A stretch of 63,855 bases of DNA, the filler included, from Nemertoderma westbladi (Eukaryota; Animalia; Xenacoelomorpha), in the NCBI GenBank assembly GCA_032718475.1. It is 3 parts of 3 records of this genome, joined end to end, with 100 filler letters (N's around TTAATTAATTAA, not from the genome) between each part and the next. Parts side by side here need not be neighbours in the genome. Positions count along the whole stretch, not along the records: positions 27,614 to 54,282 come from JAUCBJ010001070.1; positions 54,383 to 63,855 come from JAUCBJ010006561.1; 1 more part is not named here. One strand, 5' to 3'. A program made the translations under genes and the position numbers. Shown here in pieces: positions 50,685 through 62,950 of the stretch. The notes beneath the pieces were generated by a model. That model ran no database searches. It worked only from the letters and a program-made list of their open reading frames with translations, and had not been told where the DNA came from. Position 1 is the stretch's first letter, and each line of letters begins with the position of its first letter.

Positions 50685-51654
50685 TAATATAATAATTGTG
50701 GCTGGCATTGAATTATTATATTGTGACACAGAAGCGCAGGTACTCTCACTAGATGGTGAAGCTGAGTTTTCTCAATCCTGGTCAATCCATAACTATTTGT
50801 AATTGTACTGGATTACGCAATGAGGACGGCCACAAAGGGTGAAGATCTGGGATTCACACTACAAGAATGCAGAAGTAGTAGATATCCGGCAACTACAGTC
50901 ACAGACACCGACTTTGCGGATGTCATCGCCCTGCTCTCAATACGCTAGCAGATGCACAGCTTCTACTAAATAAAGTGGAGAGGGCTGCTAAGGAGGTTGG
51001 ATTGCATGTGCTACCAAGACCGAATTTATGACTTTGAATGTTAATGGAAACTTGACAACAATTGATAATAATCAACTAAGGAAGGTTGACGACTTCCAGT
51101 ACCTTGGGTCATGGTACCAGTAGTAAAAAATACATAAGTTAGGACAGCAAAGGCATGGGTAGCTCTATCAAAAATGGATACCATCTGGAAATCAGATCTC
51201 TCCAGGCACCTGAAGATTAAGTTCTCTCGTGCCACAGTGGAAAGTGTACTTTTATACGGGGGTGAGACCTGGACACTGACGATATCACTTGAACACCGAA
51301 TTGATGGTTTCTACACAAGACTACTAAGGGCAGCCCTAAATATCAGCTGGAGACAACACATAACAAACGCCGAGCTTTATGGTACAATACCACCTGTATC
51401 AACCACCCTCCGTGAACGCAGATTAAGATTCAGTGGGCACTGCTGGCGAAGTAAAGACGAGGTCATACCAGATCTACTTTTCTGACAACCAACACATGGA
51501 AAGCGTAGTCGTGGACGACCGGCCATAACATATATAGATCATCTTGAAAGGGATACTGAACTTGGGAGAAACGAAATTGCGACAACTATGGAGAATCGGG
51601 AAGCCTGGAAGGATCTCATTTCCACTGTCCGAGTTCGCTCAACCTAGTAGTAGT
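50685..51654 (+). mobile_element. RTE family A, 5'-truncated
   Basis: VLDYAMR..TDTDFAD..VESVLLYGGETW..RRLRFSGHCWR; (TAG)n tail; TSD AGTAAATATTTAT at 50672-50684 and 51655-51667. Confidence 0.88.
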
Positions 51655-51799
51655 AGTAAATATTTATAACGTAACCAGGCGCTCAGATTCGAAACTGGTT
51701 TAGAGTTGATATCCTGAAAAAAATAGTTAGCGGCTTATGGCCTGTAAAAATATTAGTTTCGGTGTGGTTTAACTTCGGTTCCTTCACGGCGTCTTGACG

Positions 51800-52460
51800 C
51801 CGTCTTTAATGGAAATGCTGTATTGGATCGGATACGAAATAGGCAGGGAATAGCTAAAGGTTCAAAACGAATCCGAGATCAGGATGTTAATATGAAAGGT
51901 AATACATGTGCTAAGAAATCTTGCTCGAGGTTGGAGCTTGGTTGGCTTCACTACCGATCTGAGGATCGAGGTATTGTTCAAGTGCAGCAGAAGTCCGGAG
52001 GTGGAATAGGCCATCTGACTGAAGATAAGAAAACGACATTGCGAGAAATTTTAGATAAGGGGGTATCTCTATTTTTCGTTGGGGGGGGGGGGGGGGGGTC
52101 GTCTTGGTGTGCTTTATCGGACATGGGTGTTGATATCCGAGATTTTAAAGGGTCGGTTTTTACTAACCTTTCTGTTAGTATTGGAGAATTTTATGAAGAA
52201 ACAAAGCTGCGTATACTTCGATTATATTTGTTCTAAATAAACGTTTTAGTTGCCGCTCACCAATGTTTATCCCATGATCATTGGCGAGTACAGACGAAAT
52301 ATCTTTATAAGGCATGCTAAGGTCAAAATAAATTTTGAGAAGCGGCATTAACTCGGGCCACATAATGTCAAAATGTGCTGGGCATGCAATAGTTCGTGCT
52401 GCTAAGTTGAATTACTGCGAATTCAATTAAGTGGCAAACTTCGAACTGTTGTCATACACG
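51800..52460. mobile_element. Internally deleted IS3EU-like DNA transposon remnant (two convergent ORF starts)
   Basis: Minus: LLKIYFDLSMPYKDISSVLANDHGINIGERQLKRL (Clr5-like HTH of IS3/IS481-like eukaryotic transposases). Plus: RLELGWLH..VQVQQKSGGG..ILDKGVSLFF. Confidence 0.5.
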
Positions 52461-52610
52461 AAATATACAGGAACAGAACAGAAACGTAAGAACCACTGAG
52501 ATACAATTTTAATATATATTCCCTCCAATTTAGTTCTCCTATTTAACTACAACCAATCAAACAACTCCAAATTTGTAATATTAACGTAAATGGTCGTTAG
52601 AGCTATCATC

Positions 52611-52794
52611 AGGGCTCGTGTTACTAACATGGGGGCTCGTGTTAGCTAACACGGGGGCTCGTGTTAGCTAACACGGGGGCTCGTGTTAATAACATGAGGG
52701 CTCGTGTTAATAACATGGGGGCTCGTGTTAATAACATGGGGGCTCGTGTTAATAACACGAGGGCTCGTGTTAGCTAACATGAGGGCTCGTGTTA
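52611..52794. repeat. 21-23-bp minisatellite (GGGCTCGTGTTAATAACAT)
   Basis: About 8-9 tandem units. Confidence 0.9.
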
Positions 52795-52952
52795 GAAAAA
52801 TATTTTTTTCATGTCCCTTCCCTCGCACCGTAAATAACGGCACTCCAGTGTCTGTATCAATATATATATGAGTCATAAAAGTAATAATTATATACAACTA
52901 AAGAATAACGTTATATTATTCGAATTCTAATTGCACAGACGACATATTTAAA

Positions 52953-53170
52953 TCAGCTTTTTCCGCCCCCGAATGACTTTGAAGGTTTTAAGAAGTTTTT
53001 ATTCTTCGATCTTAAGTTCTTAAAGTAAATCCTGACAGTTTCAACAGGGAGGTTAACCTGATTGGCCAGAGACATCCTCTCGGTTGGCGATAGGTAATGG
53101 GTTTTCGTCATAAAATACTGAGTTAATACGGATTTAGCGTGTTCCGAAAATGTTGTGCGATGTCTTCGTT
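52953..53170 (-). CDS. Divergent K50 homeodomain protein, terminal exon
   Basis: Acceptor TTTTTTTCCTGCAG; RRHRTTFSEHAKSVLTQYFMTKTHYLSPTERMSLANQVNLPVETVRIYFKNLRSK. Confidence 0.85.
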
Positions 53171-53543
53171 CTGCAGGAAAAAAAATAAATATATTAATAA
53201 TTTTTTGCTTGAATGACATATAAAAGCATTATCGCATTATTTAAATAAATTATAAAGATAATAAAATTGTATTTCTCGATTGGTTGAGAAGGATTCAATA
53301 TTGTATAACACTAGCAAACCTAGCTACCTTGCTAGTCTACAGTAGTATCTATTAATACTGTAGATACTACTTAGATGCTCACAAATTGAGTTTGGATTGT
53401 CAAGCTGCCGTTGATGACGATGTGTTTCACCAACATTAATTAATTTTCAGTCTCTCAGAAGCAAAGACACTAATCAAATTGCAATAAATACCGAAAAACT
53501 ACTAAAAGTACCGAAAATATTCACTGCATGTTGGTGAAAATTA

Positions 53544-53876
53544 CTTTATACAAAGCCCAGGACCACGCTGAATCCAACGGCTTTATACAGAGCCCAGGAC
53601 CACGCTGAATCCAACGGCTTTATACAGAGCCCAGGACCACGCTGAATCCAACGGCTTTATACAGAGCCCAGGACCACGCTGAATCCAACGGCTTTATACA
53701 GAGCCCAGGACCACGCTGAATCCAACGGCTTTATACAGAGCCCAGGACCACGCTGAATCCAACGGCTTTATACAGAGCCCAGGACCACGCTGAATCCAAC
53801 GGCTTTATACAGAGCCCAGGACCACGCTGAATCCAACGGCTTTATACAGAGCCCAGGACCACGCTGAATCCAACGG
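53544..53876. repeat. 37-bp tandem repeat, 9 near-identical copies
   Basis: CTTTATACAGAGCCCAGGACCACGCTGAATCCAACGG x9, no spacers. Confidence 0.95.
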
Positions 53877-56084
53877 TATTTTCCCCATATCGCGAGAGCC
53901 AGTAGTTTAGATATAGATAGAGGAGCAAACAAACATAAAAACATATCCAATTTGAACGCGCGCGTGGGAGACAACAACCAATATTTTATATGTTGAAATA
54001 AATTATAAAAAAGGCCATATTTCAAGCGCTCAAATATAATTCAAATATTATAGGGGGCCTATATGATCTCAATGCGTCTATTCTGCATTTCCAAAAGATT
54101 TTTTTTTTTGTAAATGTTCTGGCGAAATTCCATCATACCATACAATCTAACAATGACCTGTCGCATAGTGTCAAAAGTGTAGGCTATATAGAAAATCAAT
54201 CCTGATAATATTTATTATACCTGCGTTCAAGGTAATTAATAAAAATTTAAATAGAATTTAAGAACAATATGAAAAGTAAGTANNNNNNNNNNNNNNNNNN
54301 NNNNNNNNNNNNNNNNNNNNNNNNNNTTAATTAATTAANNNNNNNNNNNNNNNNNNNNNNNNNNNNNNNNNNNNNNNNNNNNCACCCAGCAGCACTACTC
54401 ACTTAATAGCCCCAATTCAAATAAATGAATTAACTCACTTTCATTGATATTCTAATAGCATTCCCAACTCACCATTAGGGTATAGAGACAACTCCAGGCA
54501 ATAAAATGCCTTAATCCTGGCTTAAACAATATCTTATATATATTTATTGTAAACATATTATGCACACGTCGTCTTAACAACACCGCGCGGATTCATTTGT
54601 GTCGAGTATGCCAATAGTGTGAAGTGTCTCCAATTCTAATATAGCCAGGCAGTTTGGGTGTGTCTGAAGGGATCAATATGTTTGTTTATATATCACCGTG
54701 TATTTATTATCGAGCAGGGATCGAACCTCGAGCTCAATCAGAATGTAACATTGGATTTCCGAATTTCCAACAGTTAGGACCACCTTATTATTTTTGTGTC
54801 AGCGTAATTTTGCAATTCTCTATCAAAACCAATCCACCATAAAGTAGTAAAAAGTATAAAAACGATGCAATACAATATATTTAAAAAACTTTATTTCCCA
54901 AACTTTATTATTAGGTCAACAAACTATATTTTTATATTTTTAGAATAGTACCATAATATTATCTATCGATTAATACCTACACGGTGCTACTATTTGTGTC
55001 CAAGGTTGCTATGGAAGCAAGCAATGACCTAACTATATAAACAAACCTAACCAATTATTATAAGCACCATTTGAACTGTAATATTTCGTAGCATAATTTA
55101 TATCAATCCGATCTTATCCCCTGCACCAGTGCGAATACAGAGTTAATAGCAGAAAGCAATCCTTTTATTTGTAGAATAGTATCCATAGCGATAAAGTTGT
55201 TCTTGTATAAAATATATCGCTTTATTTCAAGCTATTAAAAGGTTATTGCTGGTGATGAGTTGAGTAATCTTTTTAAATATGTATGAGGCATACCACGCTG
55301 CCGTATGGGGTGTATCATTAAGGTGGACGCGGTCAGGTGCCGCCAGTATTGGTTGCTTTCCATGAATTAATTAAATGCTTGACCAATCATTGAGGCCTGG
55401 TGGCCGTGCATACAAAGTAATCGATTGACCCCAAACCCTCTCTCACTTGTGTTTGTATAGGTATGGATGGAATCCCATTCAATTTCCGGCTGAATGTGGT
55501 TTCGGTTTCCAAAACAGGATTTTAGATCTGTTGACCGTTTTTTGGATCCGTCGAAAGGGTTTTGGACTCATCGACTGGTTTACTCTGATTCCTCCAGTGC
55601 GAACAATTGGTTGGCGATACCGAAGGAAGCCGCCGGTTTCTCTGGACCGCTCCGTCGACGGTAGGTCGTTTCGTCCGATTTCCGACGGTTCTCATTCGCC
55701 AGCCGAATGGCGTTCCGAGTCAGTTCTCGTTGTCGGACTTCAGTCTCGTCTGAACGTCGTCGTTCTACCGCGTCCCGTTTCCTCTGTGCCGTGACGTCAG
55801 ACGCCCCCTGGTTACACAAAGTCTCCGTGGAGGAAGCTGTTTGTTTGCTCGACTGTTCCTCTGGGCTACAATCGTATACCAGGTGACTCTGTAACAAAGG
55901 ATTAAACAAAACATGTTACATGGCCCGTTGTAGCTTTCCTGTTAAAACATAAGTTAAGAAAGGATCACAATGGATCGGATCATGTTAAAAACGTATATAG
56001 GATGATAATTATATTACTATATTTTGGTTAAAAAAAGGCCACCGAAACCTGTTACTTTAATAGTTTATGAGCTAAGCTGCGAGC

Positions 56085-56460
56085 GATTGTGTGGGGCGAA
56101 CCACACTATAAATCTCCGTGTGCCATTGCGTAGCTGTATAATTAGTGCGGGCCGCCTGTTATTTTTGGAAAAGTTTGAACGCTAATAAGTCTGTCAATCT
56201 TTGATGAAATGGAAACAAACTTGGTACACATGTAGTCTATGAAAAGTTTAGAAATTCTACACACAGACAGGCTTTTATAGTTCCACTGTCGGCCGCAAGG
56301 GGGTGAATTGTAAGAAACCTAGAAGTAGCTAAAATCGTAGAACCAAACCATCAGATTAATCTGTTGGTTGGTAGGAATGATTGGTCCCCTAATTACACTG
56401 CTACCCAAAGGGTCATCTAGCCGTCGTAGATCTGCGCGAAGACCCCACGAATGTGTTGTA
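56085..56460 (+). mobile_element. Short non-autonomous repeat with subterminal inverted motifs (HINE/DINE-1/pearl-like); related pieces at about 36565, 36720-37360 and 46525-46640
   Basis: GTGGGGCGA.CCAC 5' motif, AAACTTGGTACACATGT core and CTGCGCGAAG.CCCCAC 3' motif recur in the window. Confidence 0.45.
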
Positions 56461-58029
56461 CATTTTGTGCTGAACTTTTTAAACTGTTGTTGGGCTATAG
56501 TTTGGTGAATAACTCTCCACTAATATATTCCTCACATAATTCAGGACGTATTAAATATTTAAAATAAATGAAAAAATATTTTGGTTCGATTTTATCTATT
56601 TTATACCATCTCAAATATTTGTTACTTTACCCTTAATTGTAATTCAATAGGCTCAGGTCAGGTTCATGGGATATTCCCAACCACAACTCACTACTCACCC
56701 ACTCCCCTACTCACTTGGCTTCTGTTTTCGGTTATTATTAATCTATCTATCTACATCCAAGCTAAAACCGGATAAGAAGGCTATCATGCTCCGGTTTGAG
56801 AGATCTGAATGCTGATCAATATTTTATCTTTGGGCTGAGGTGAATTTAAATTAGTGACTTGACTGACTATACATCAAAGTAGGTGTCTCCATTAGGCCCG
56901 ATGCACACCAAATAATCAAATAAGCATTATGGATGCAAGCAAGAAGTTTCAAAATGGAAAAAAGGCACAAAACAAGAAATTCAATATCGTGGATATTATC
57001 TTGTATTTCATCTTGCCTCAGTTATGTTATATTCTAGTATTCTTTGGATTTATAGAAAAATTAGGGTGGAGCTGAATTACGATTATATTTCAGAGTAGAA
57101 TTTATAATGGTAGATCTAACTAGTAGGACTATCTCAGTAGTTCTTAGGACTGCTGAAAAACTAATGTACATAATGTATAAACCTGTTTTATGCCAAAATT
57201 CATTGTCCAAATGTATGTATAATGCGGTCAGGGGTGTGTAATTTTGTGGATAAATTTTACACATGAATGGGTTAATGGATTCTTGGCTGATCGGGACGCG
57301 CCTTTGTTGTGGGGTAACCATATTGACAGTGTATATGCTTAGGAACATTTATTGTTACTGGCTATTGATTTATTTACACAGTAGGTATAGTAGCACCTGC
57401 AGGCTCAACCACAATGTCCAACCCAAGGACATCTTGGTCCAGCCCCCGTTACGGAACAAGGGGGTCAATGATATGTGTGTTAAACACACAATAGGGAGTT
57501 AGTTATTCAATATTGGGTGGATTACAGTAGGGGCCCTTTGGCCTTTAGTCTGATGTAAGCTATTGTACTAGATTTGAAATGACTGATAATGTCAAGATAC
57601 ATAAATCGCTTATAGGCTATTATCAAGTGAAAAACACAAACTGGTTGCGATATTATTATCCTGCATCGAATGATGCACTATTTCTCACGATATGATGGAA
57701 CCACGAGCAATATCAGAAATAATCTCAGGGATGGCAAATCTAAATGCATTGTTATTATTGTTGTTATATATTGTTATTATTAAGTTAGCAAATAATTTAT
57801 TGTTACCAAAGGTGAAAATAACTATATGCCCGTGAAAAACTAACTGACAGCGAACTACTACCACTGCATCAGTAGTACAGCATTGATTGCTTGACTAAAT
57901 TTATACAATTCCAAATCATTGATTTAAACTATTACAACACACTTTAAAATCTTTCACATTATTATATATACATTATTATTAACCTGTTATATCAGTATCA
58001 CAGGTTCATACATAAGAAAATAAATCAAA

Positions 58030-60906
58030 TTATCCTACCTCTTCCTCAGAATGGGGTTTATCTGAATCATTATCATCTTCTTCCCCATCACTCTCATTTA
58101 TAGCATCAAGTTTAATAATCTTTTCGGATCCTATTGTAACACTTCTGAACCTAACATCGCTAGTAGCTTTACAGGCTACACTATCTCGCAACTCAAATTG
58201 ACGATTCTCTTCTTCCAAACGCGTCTTCCACAATGCCATATTCTCTTTAAGATAGATTAATATAGGTGAGGTTACAGTTAGAGGAAGACCTTCTGTAGTG
58301 TTACCATCTACAGGATTCGAATCATTGGGGTCATCGGATACTGTTGGTTTCCCTGGGAGGATGTTTGCCCTCAAAAAAGAGTTACAGAGGGGCCGCACTA
58401 AGTGGTTTATAAAAGAGTCCTGCAATTTGGCGAGTTGTGGAGACCTGCGGTCCATATACGGCGAAATGACTAGGTGGTGATTCAGTTCATCATCCCCTTG
58501 TTCATAAAATTCTTGTGTTATTCGTCTGGTCCAGTTTAAATGAATTGCGGTGGGTTTCGATGGGCCGCAAATATCCGCGAGTTTAATGCACATTTGTGTA
58601 ACAAGAAGCCTGTCGCCTTCATCCAACCAATTAATTCCTGAGCCGGCATCCATTTTGTTATTAAATTCCGATAAAAGGTCAAAATGTTTCTTCAGATCTG
58701 TAGCTAAAATAGCTTCAAGCACTAGAAATCTAAAACGTTTATACTCTGCCTTATCGAGGTGCTTGATAAAGTTGTGACTCTGATTTTCTGTTAGTAATTT
58801 CCAGGAAGCTGCTGCATGATGGTTTTCAAGCACAGATCTATCATTGTATAGAATAGCTAGTGGATCATTTGTTGCTACGAGAAATGCATTAGTTCTTCCT
58901 GGGTGATTGTAATCATGCATTGCCGCAGCCGTGTATATAGCGAGTAACTCCAAGGCAGGAAAGTTTCCAGCCAAGATGCCACCAGTTGAGCCCCCAATTG
59001 AGTTCGTTCCTATATGAAAGTCTCCATTCAATGCATCCATGTCAATGTCAGTTGATGTCTTCCTCATAACAATTGGGTCAATATTGATCAGACCAGGTAC
59101 TGGTTTGGTTGTGAGGTAATACACAGCATGTAGGACATCTGTGGCATGTGCACTGTTGTGATATGGGTTATTGTTGTAACCAGCCTCTAAGTCTAAGAAG
59201 AACGTGCGAAATTCCTGTGCTGGCAATTTAAAGGTTTCAAATAGCCCCAAATTGTTAAATATTCGCAAAGCAACCTGAGTAAGTAAACTTGATTGAAACA
59301 TACTTGCTGCATCAAATATTGGAAATTCCCAGTTATCTAAAAGGTCTAACAAAGAACCATTTGAATCGTCAGTGGATGGTATGAGGGAGACACTCTGACC
59401 TTGTACTGCACTGGTAACACAATTGCTATATCCATCATCGCGGCCATCGCTAGCATCACGGCTATCACTAGCATCACTACTAGTGGGATCTGGTGAGTCT
59501 GTTTCATAATCGGATGTAGAGTTCTTTCGGAGGGGATCAGGTTCCTCGACTAGTTGAGGCAAGGATAAACTCTTAGTTTCAGTTTCAGCATTCACATGAT
59601 TGTCCTGGTTATCATCATAGGACAAAGAATCTTGTTTTCCCTGCAAAGCCAATGTGTGCAGTTTGTTGAGGCGGTTGGAGTCTTCATGGCTTGGTGAATG
59701 AAATGATGCAACAGAAAATGAACGACCAACCAACAGTGATTGACTTTGTGTTGATGGTATTGCTACTGCATCAGTCACATAAGATTCATTCTCACCAATG
59801 TCACTACAGCCCTTTCTGTTGAATGCCATTGCAGTTTTTGTATTACGTTGATGCTTGGGTGCGGGCTCTTCAGTAGGCAGACCAGTAGCAGCTGTTGTTG
59901 TGGTCCACACTGATGTTGACATGCGTCTGATAAGGCCGGGTGGAAGGCTCTTTCGTAGACGACGTGGCAGACTAACATGAATCTGCCCAATGTATGGTGT
60001 TTCTTCTAAGTCCTGCATGTCCATGCTAGTGCATTCACTAAGTGCCGCGAGTGGGCTTGTGCGACTTTTGTTGAGTCCCTGCGGTGTGTCAGGTGGTCCT
60101 CCATGCCTATCCAGCAGAGCCTTCACATCATTTAAACTGTCTATTATTTTCGGACTTAGTTCTGTGGGTTTTGCCAAAATTGTATTTATAAGTCCATTTG
60201 CTTTATCCATTACTTCCTTTGAGGTCGATCCAGAAGATGACTGCAAGTTAGACTTCATGAGAGGAATAGCTGGCAGACTGATTCTTCTGTTGCCTTTTAC
60301 TGGTGTAGAAGAATTATTGTGATATCCTTTCGTTTTCAACATTATAACATCCTCATCTAGTTTTGTTTGATTACTAATTAGCTTAAATTTGCTTTCAAGG
60401 TATTTGCTAACCATATAAGCGGCCATGAAACAGGCGTACGTTATATAGGGTCTGGTGAACTCGGGCAAAGGTTGCTTGGTTGTGGTAACCAGGAAACGGA
60501 TGGTGGCTAAGCCGCAAACAAGCGTGGTTGCATGCGAGGGGCCCAATGGTGTGAGTAGAACAGCCAGACTACAGCAGCCCATTACAACCCCAATACATAA
60601 AGGGTGGTTGTGAGATTGGTTTGGAAACAACATATTGTTTATAATTTCACCAGCTGTGCATGCTATTGCCATGGTTATTGTGTGTAGTGCATCCCATTGT
60701 GGGTGTGATGCCAGTATAAATATTGCGAGGAAAAGACAAATATAACTAAATAGTGGCAAAAGGAGATTAAATGTTTCGTAAATTATAAAATCTAAATCCA
60801 GGACGAGTATGAGAATGGCCCCTCCAACCACGGCGATGGCTACAACTTGGTTAGCCCTAGTCAATGGCGTTTCTTGGCGTGAAGTAACTCGATTCAGGAA
60901 TTCCAT
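58030..60906 (-). CDS. PDE3: cGMP-inhibited 3',5'-cyclic phosphodiesterase 3, single exon (958 aa from ATG 60906)
   Basis: N-terminal TM helices, RRISLP, PRRLRKSLPPGLIRR..WTTTTAATGLPT, PYHNSAHATDVLHAV, PDE3-specific insert, MHDYNHPGRTNAFLV, CIKLADI..EFYEQGD..LQDSFINHLV. Confidence 0.95.
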   Translation of the reverse strand: MEFLNRVTSRQETPLTRANQVVAIAVVGGAILILVLDLDFIIYETFNLLLPLFSYICLFLAIFILASHPQWDALHTITMAIACTAGEIINNMLFPNQSHNHPLCIGVVMGCCSLAVLLTPLGPSHATTLVCGLATIRFLVTTTKQPLPEFTRPYITYACFMAAYMVSKYLESKFKLISNQTKLDEDVIMLKTKGYHNNSSTPVKGNRRISLPAIPLMKSNLQSSSGSTSKEVMDKANGLINTILAKPTELSPKIIDSLNDVKALLDRHGGPPDTPQGLNKSRTSPLAALSECTSMDMQDLEETPYIGQIHVSLPRRLRKSLPPGLIRRMSTSVWTTTTAATGLPTEEPAPKHQRNTKTAMAFNRKGCSDIGENESYVTDAVAIPSTQSQSLLVGRSFSVASFHSPSHEDSNRLNKLHTLALQGKQDSLSYDDNQDNHVNAETETKSLSLPQLVEEPDPLRKNSTSDYETDSPDPTSSDASDSRDASDGRDDGYSNCVTSAVQGQSVSLIPSTDDSNGSLLDLLDNWEFPIFDAASMFQSSLLTQVALRIFNNLGLFETFKLPAQEFRTFFLDLEAGYNNNPYHNSAHATDVLHAVYYLTTKPVPGLINIDPIVMRKTSTDIDMDALNGDFHIGTNSIGGSTGGILAGNFPALELLAIYTAAAMHDYNHPGRTNAFLVATNDPLAILYNDRSVLENHHAAASWKLLTENQSHNFIKHLDKAEYKRFRFLVLEAILATDLKKHFDLLSEFNNKMDAGSGINWLDEGDRLLVTQMCIKLADICGPSKPTAIHLNWTRRITQEFYEQGDDELNHHLVISPYMDRRSPQLAKLQDSFINHLVRPLCNSFLRANILPGKPTVSDDPNDSNPVDGNTTEGLPLTVTSPILIYLKENMALWKTRLEEENRQFELRDSVACKATSDVRFRSVTIGSEKIIKLDAINESDGEEDDNDSDKPHSEEEVG

Positions 60907-61665
60907 TTCAGTATGATGAAACGAAATAATAAACAAACAATTATTTAATCAAATAATGATTATTACCAGAATAACAACATATTATTGAATACTAAGTAAA
61001 GTGAATAACTGCGAATTCGTAGAAAAATTGTTTTAATATTATTAATTAATAAATAAATTTTAGTAAATAATTGTAATTTCATAAACATTAACAATATCAT
61101 AACCCACTCAACCAAACTATTAAATGATCAAATTATTACTATCAGTGGGTCTCCATCTCCTTATCTATAATATAAATGCTGTCCAATGGCCTGCGATTAG
61201 GACACTATAATAATTATATCACAGTTCACAACATTCTTGGCAGGCAGTAGTGCAGGGCATAAGTACTATGTCCTAGTTATTCATTTATACCGGGGCTGTC
61301 GGAGGGTTATGGTTCTGCCAATGCTGCATATTATATGCATAACTTTGCCCTCTTGATATTAGGCAATGGGAGTGCACTGTTGAGATAACATTAATGATCC
61401 GCCCTCATTGGCTGTCCTGTATGGCTAAGGCTCACTCTATACGCCACAGAGCGGGAAGCTGGAATCCACGCTAAGGACGGGATCAGCTGGGACATCCGTC
61501 ATAACGTTCCACAGTTTATCATACGAATGTTACTTATAATATACCAGTGTTTGCCTGGTAAGGATAAAATCGAACAATATAATATTATTGTTGTTGATAA
61601 ACATTGTTAGACCATTCTGCATGATGAATAACATCAGCTGACAGCAGGATTATAATCTAATAGGA

Positions 61666-61715
61666 TAATATGATAATGCTCTCCTTAGCGAAAAATATCA
61701 ACCGACCGATAGGGG
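61666..61715 (-). mobile_element. Fragment of the hammerhead-SINE family seen at 12529-12750
   Basis: ATGATAATGCTCTCCTTAGCGAAAAATATCAACCG matches the reverse complement of 12645-12680. Confidence 0.7.
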
Positions 61716-62222
61716 ATATAATAATCTTACCCGTGTCAAGTGAAATCGGCCCATGTGAAGAATGCCAGACTTTCTGACTTTCTGTCGTTTGCTTTTTAAG
61801 CTCATGCATAGAGACTCTGGAGGGTCTGAAAAAAACAATTTTTAATATCATTCCTTACCATTTATATACATTAATTGAATAAATCATGCTATTAGCTGAT
61901 TAGTACGGCAGATATTGAATTCTACCTTGCAAGGAGGCATACACTAAATGTGTTAACTCTTTTGGGTAGGCAATATTATCATTAATAATCAGACAGATGC
62001 CCAACTGTCACTGAGGATTTTCCTAAAAGTGACTAAATTCTTCAGGATCATGTCTTTTTCTTGCACTGCAAAATCAATCCGATTTTCTATCCCATATGTT
62101 CCAAAACATTTTTTACTCATTATTATTCCGTGACACTAGCTGGGCAGTGGTACCCAGCTATGCCATTTTAAATAATGAGCTGTTTAAAACGTTGCGGTTA
62201 CCTGACACCTTACAAAATTGTT

Positions 62223-62950
62223 GGCCCATGTTAAGTATACCGAACGTCCTGATGTTATATTTCACTTTGCAGTTTAACCTCATGTGGAGAATACCAGGTT
62301 TTCACTAAAAACCTTGGATACAGGAGGGCTGAACCTAACCAAACAATAAACGAATTAGCATCTGAACGAACATCTTAAGGTAGAAGAAATAAGCGCTATA
62401 AAACACTTAAGGAGAAATTGAAAACCTGGTATTCTTGAAAGGGCGCCCAAAATCCGCACATTCAAGCAAAAATTCCAACTATTTACTTCAAATTTCGAGA
62501 CATTAAGTAAAATAGAGGTTATTGAAGTCCCAGTGGGGTAACGTAATCGTAGTAAAATTATAATAATTAGCGCGAATGAAAATAACATGTATAATAAATA
62601 ATGCCATTAATTATGGCATTATTTTCATTCGCGCTAATTATTATAATTTTACTACGATTAGGTAAAATTTATGGCCCATGTGAAGAATACCAGACTTTCT
62701 GCCGTTATATTTCACTTTGCAGTTACCCCCGTGTGAAGAATACCAGGTTTTCACCAAAAACACAGGTTACAGAAGGGCTGAATCTAACCAAAACAATAAA
62801 CGAATTACTATATGTACAGGTTATACGAACGAAATAAGCGCTATAAAACACTTAATAAAGATAAATTAAAAAAAATGAAAAATCTTCATATATAAAATTC
62901 CAATAAAAAGTCGACCGAAAAGTGAAATCCTGGTATTCTTCACATGGGCG
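62223..62950. mobile_element. Two MITE copies (62223-62445 and 62673-62950), possibly PIF/Harbinger-like; solo end at about 61749
   Basis: TIR GCCCATGTGAAGAATACCAG / CTGGTATTCTTCACATGGGC; the internal sequences align. Confidence 0.7.
62544..62660. repeat. Perfect 42-bp inverted repeat
   Basis: 62544-62585 is the exact reverse complement of 62619-62660. Confidence 0.9.

Noticed and set aside
53544-53876. 37-bp repeats of CRISPR-like length (also the 54-bp array at 33937)
   Set aside because: Head-to-tail with no spacers and no cas genes, in a eukaryotic context.
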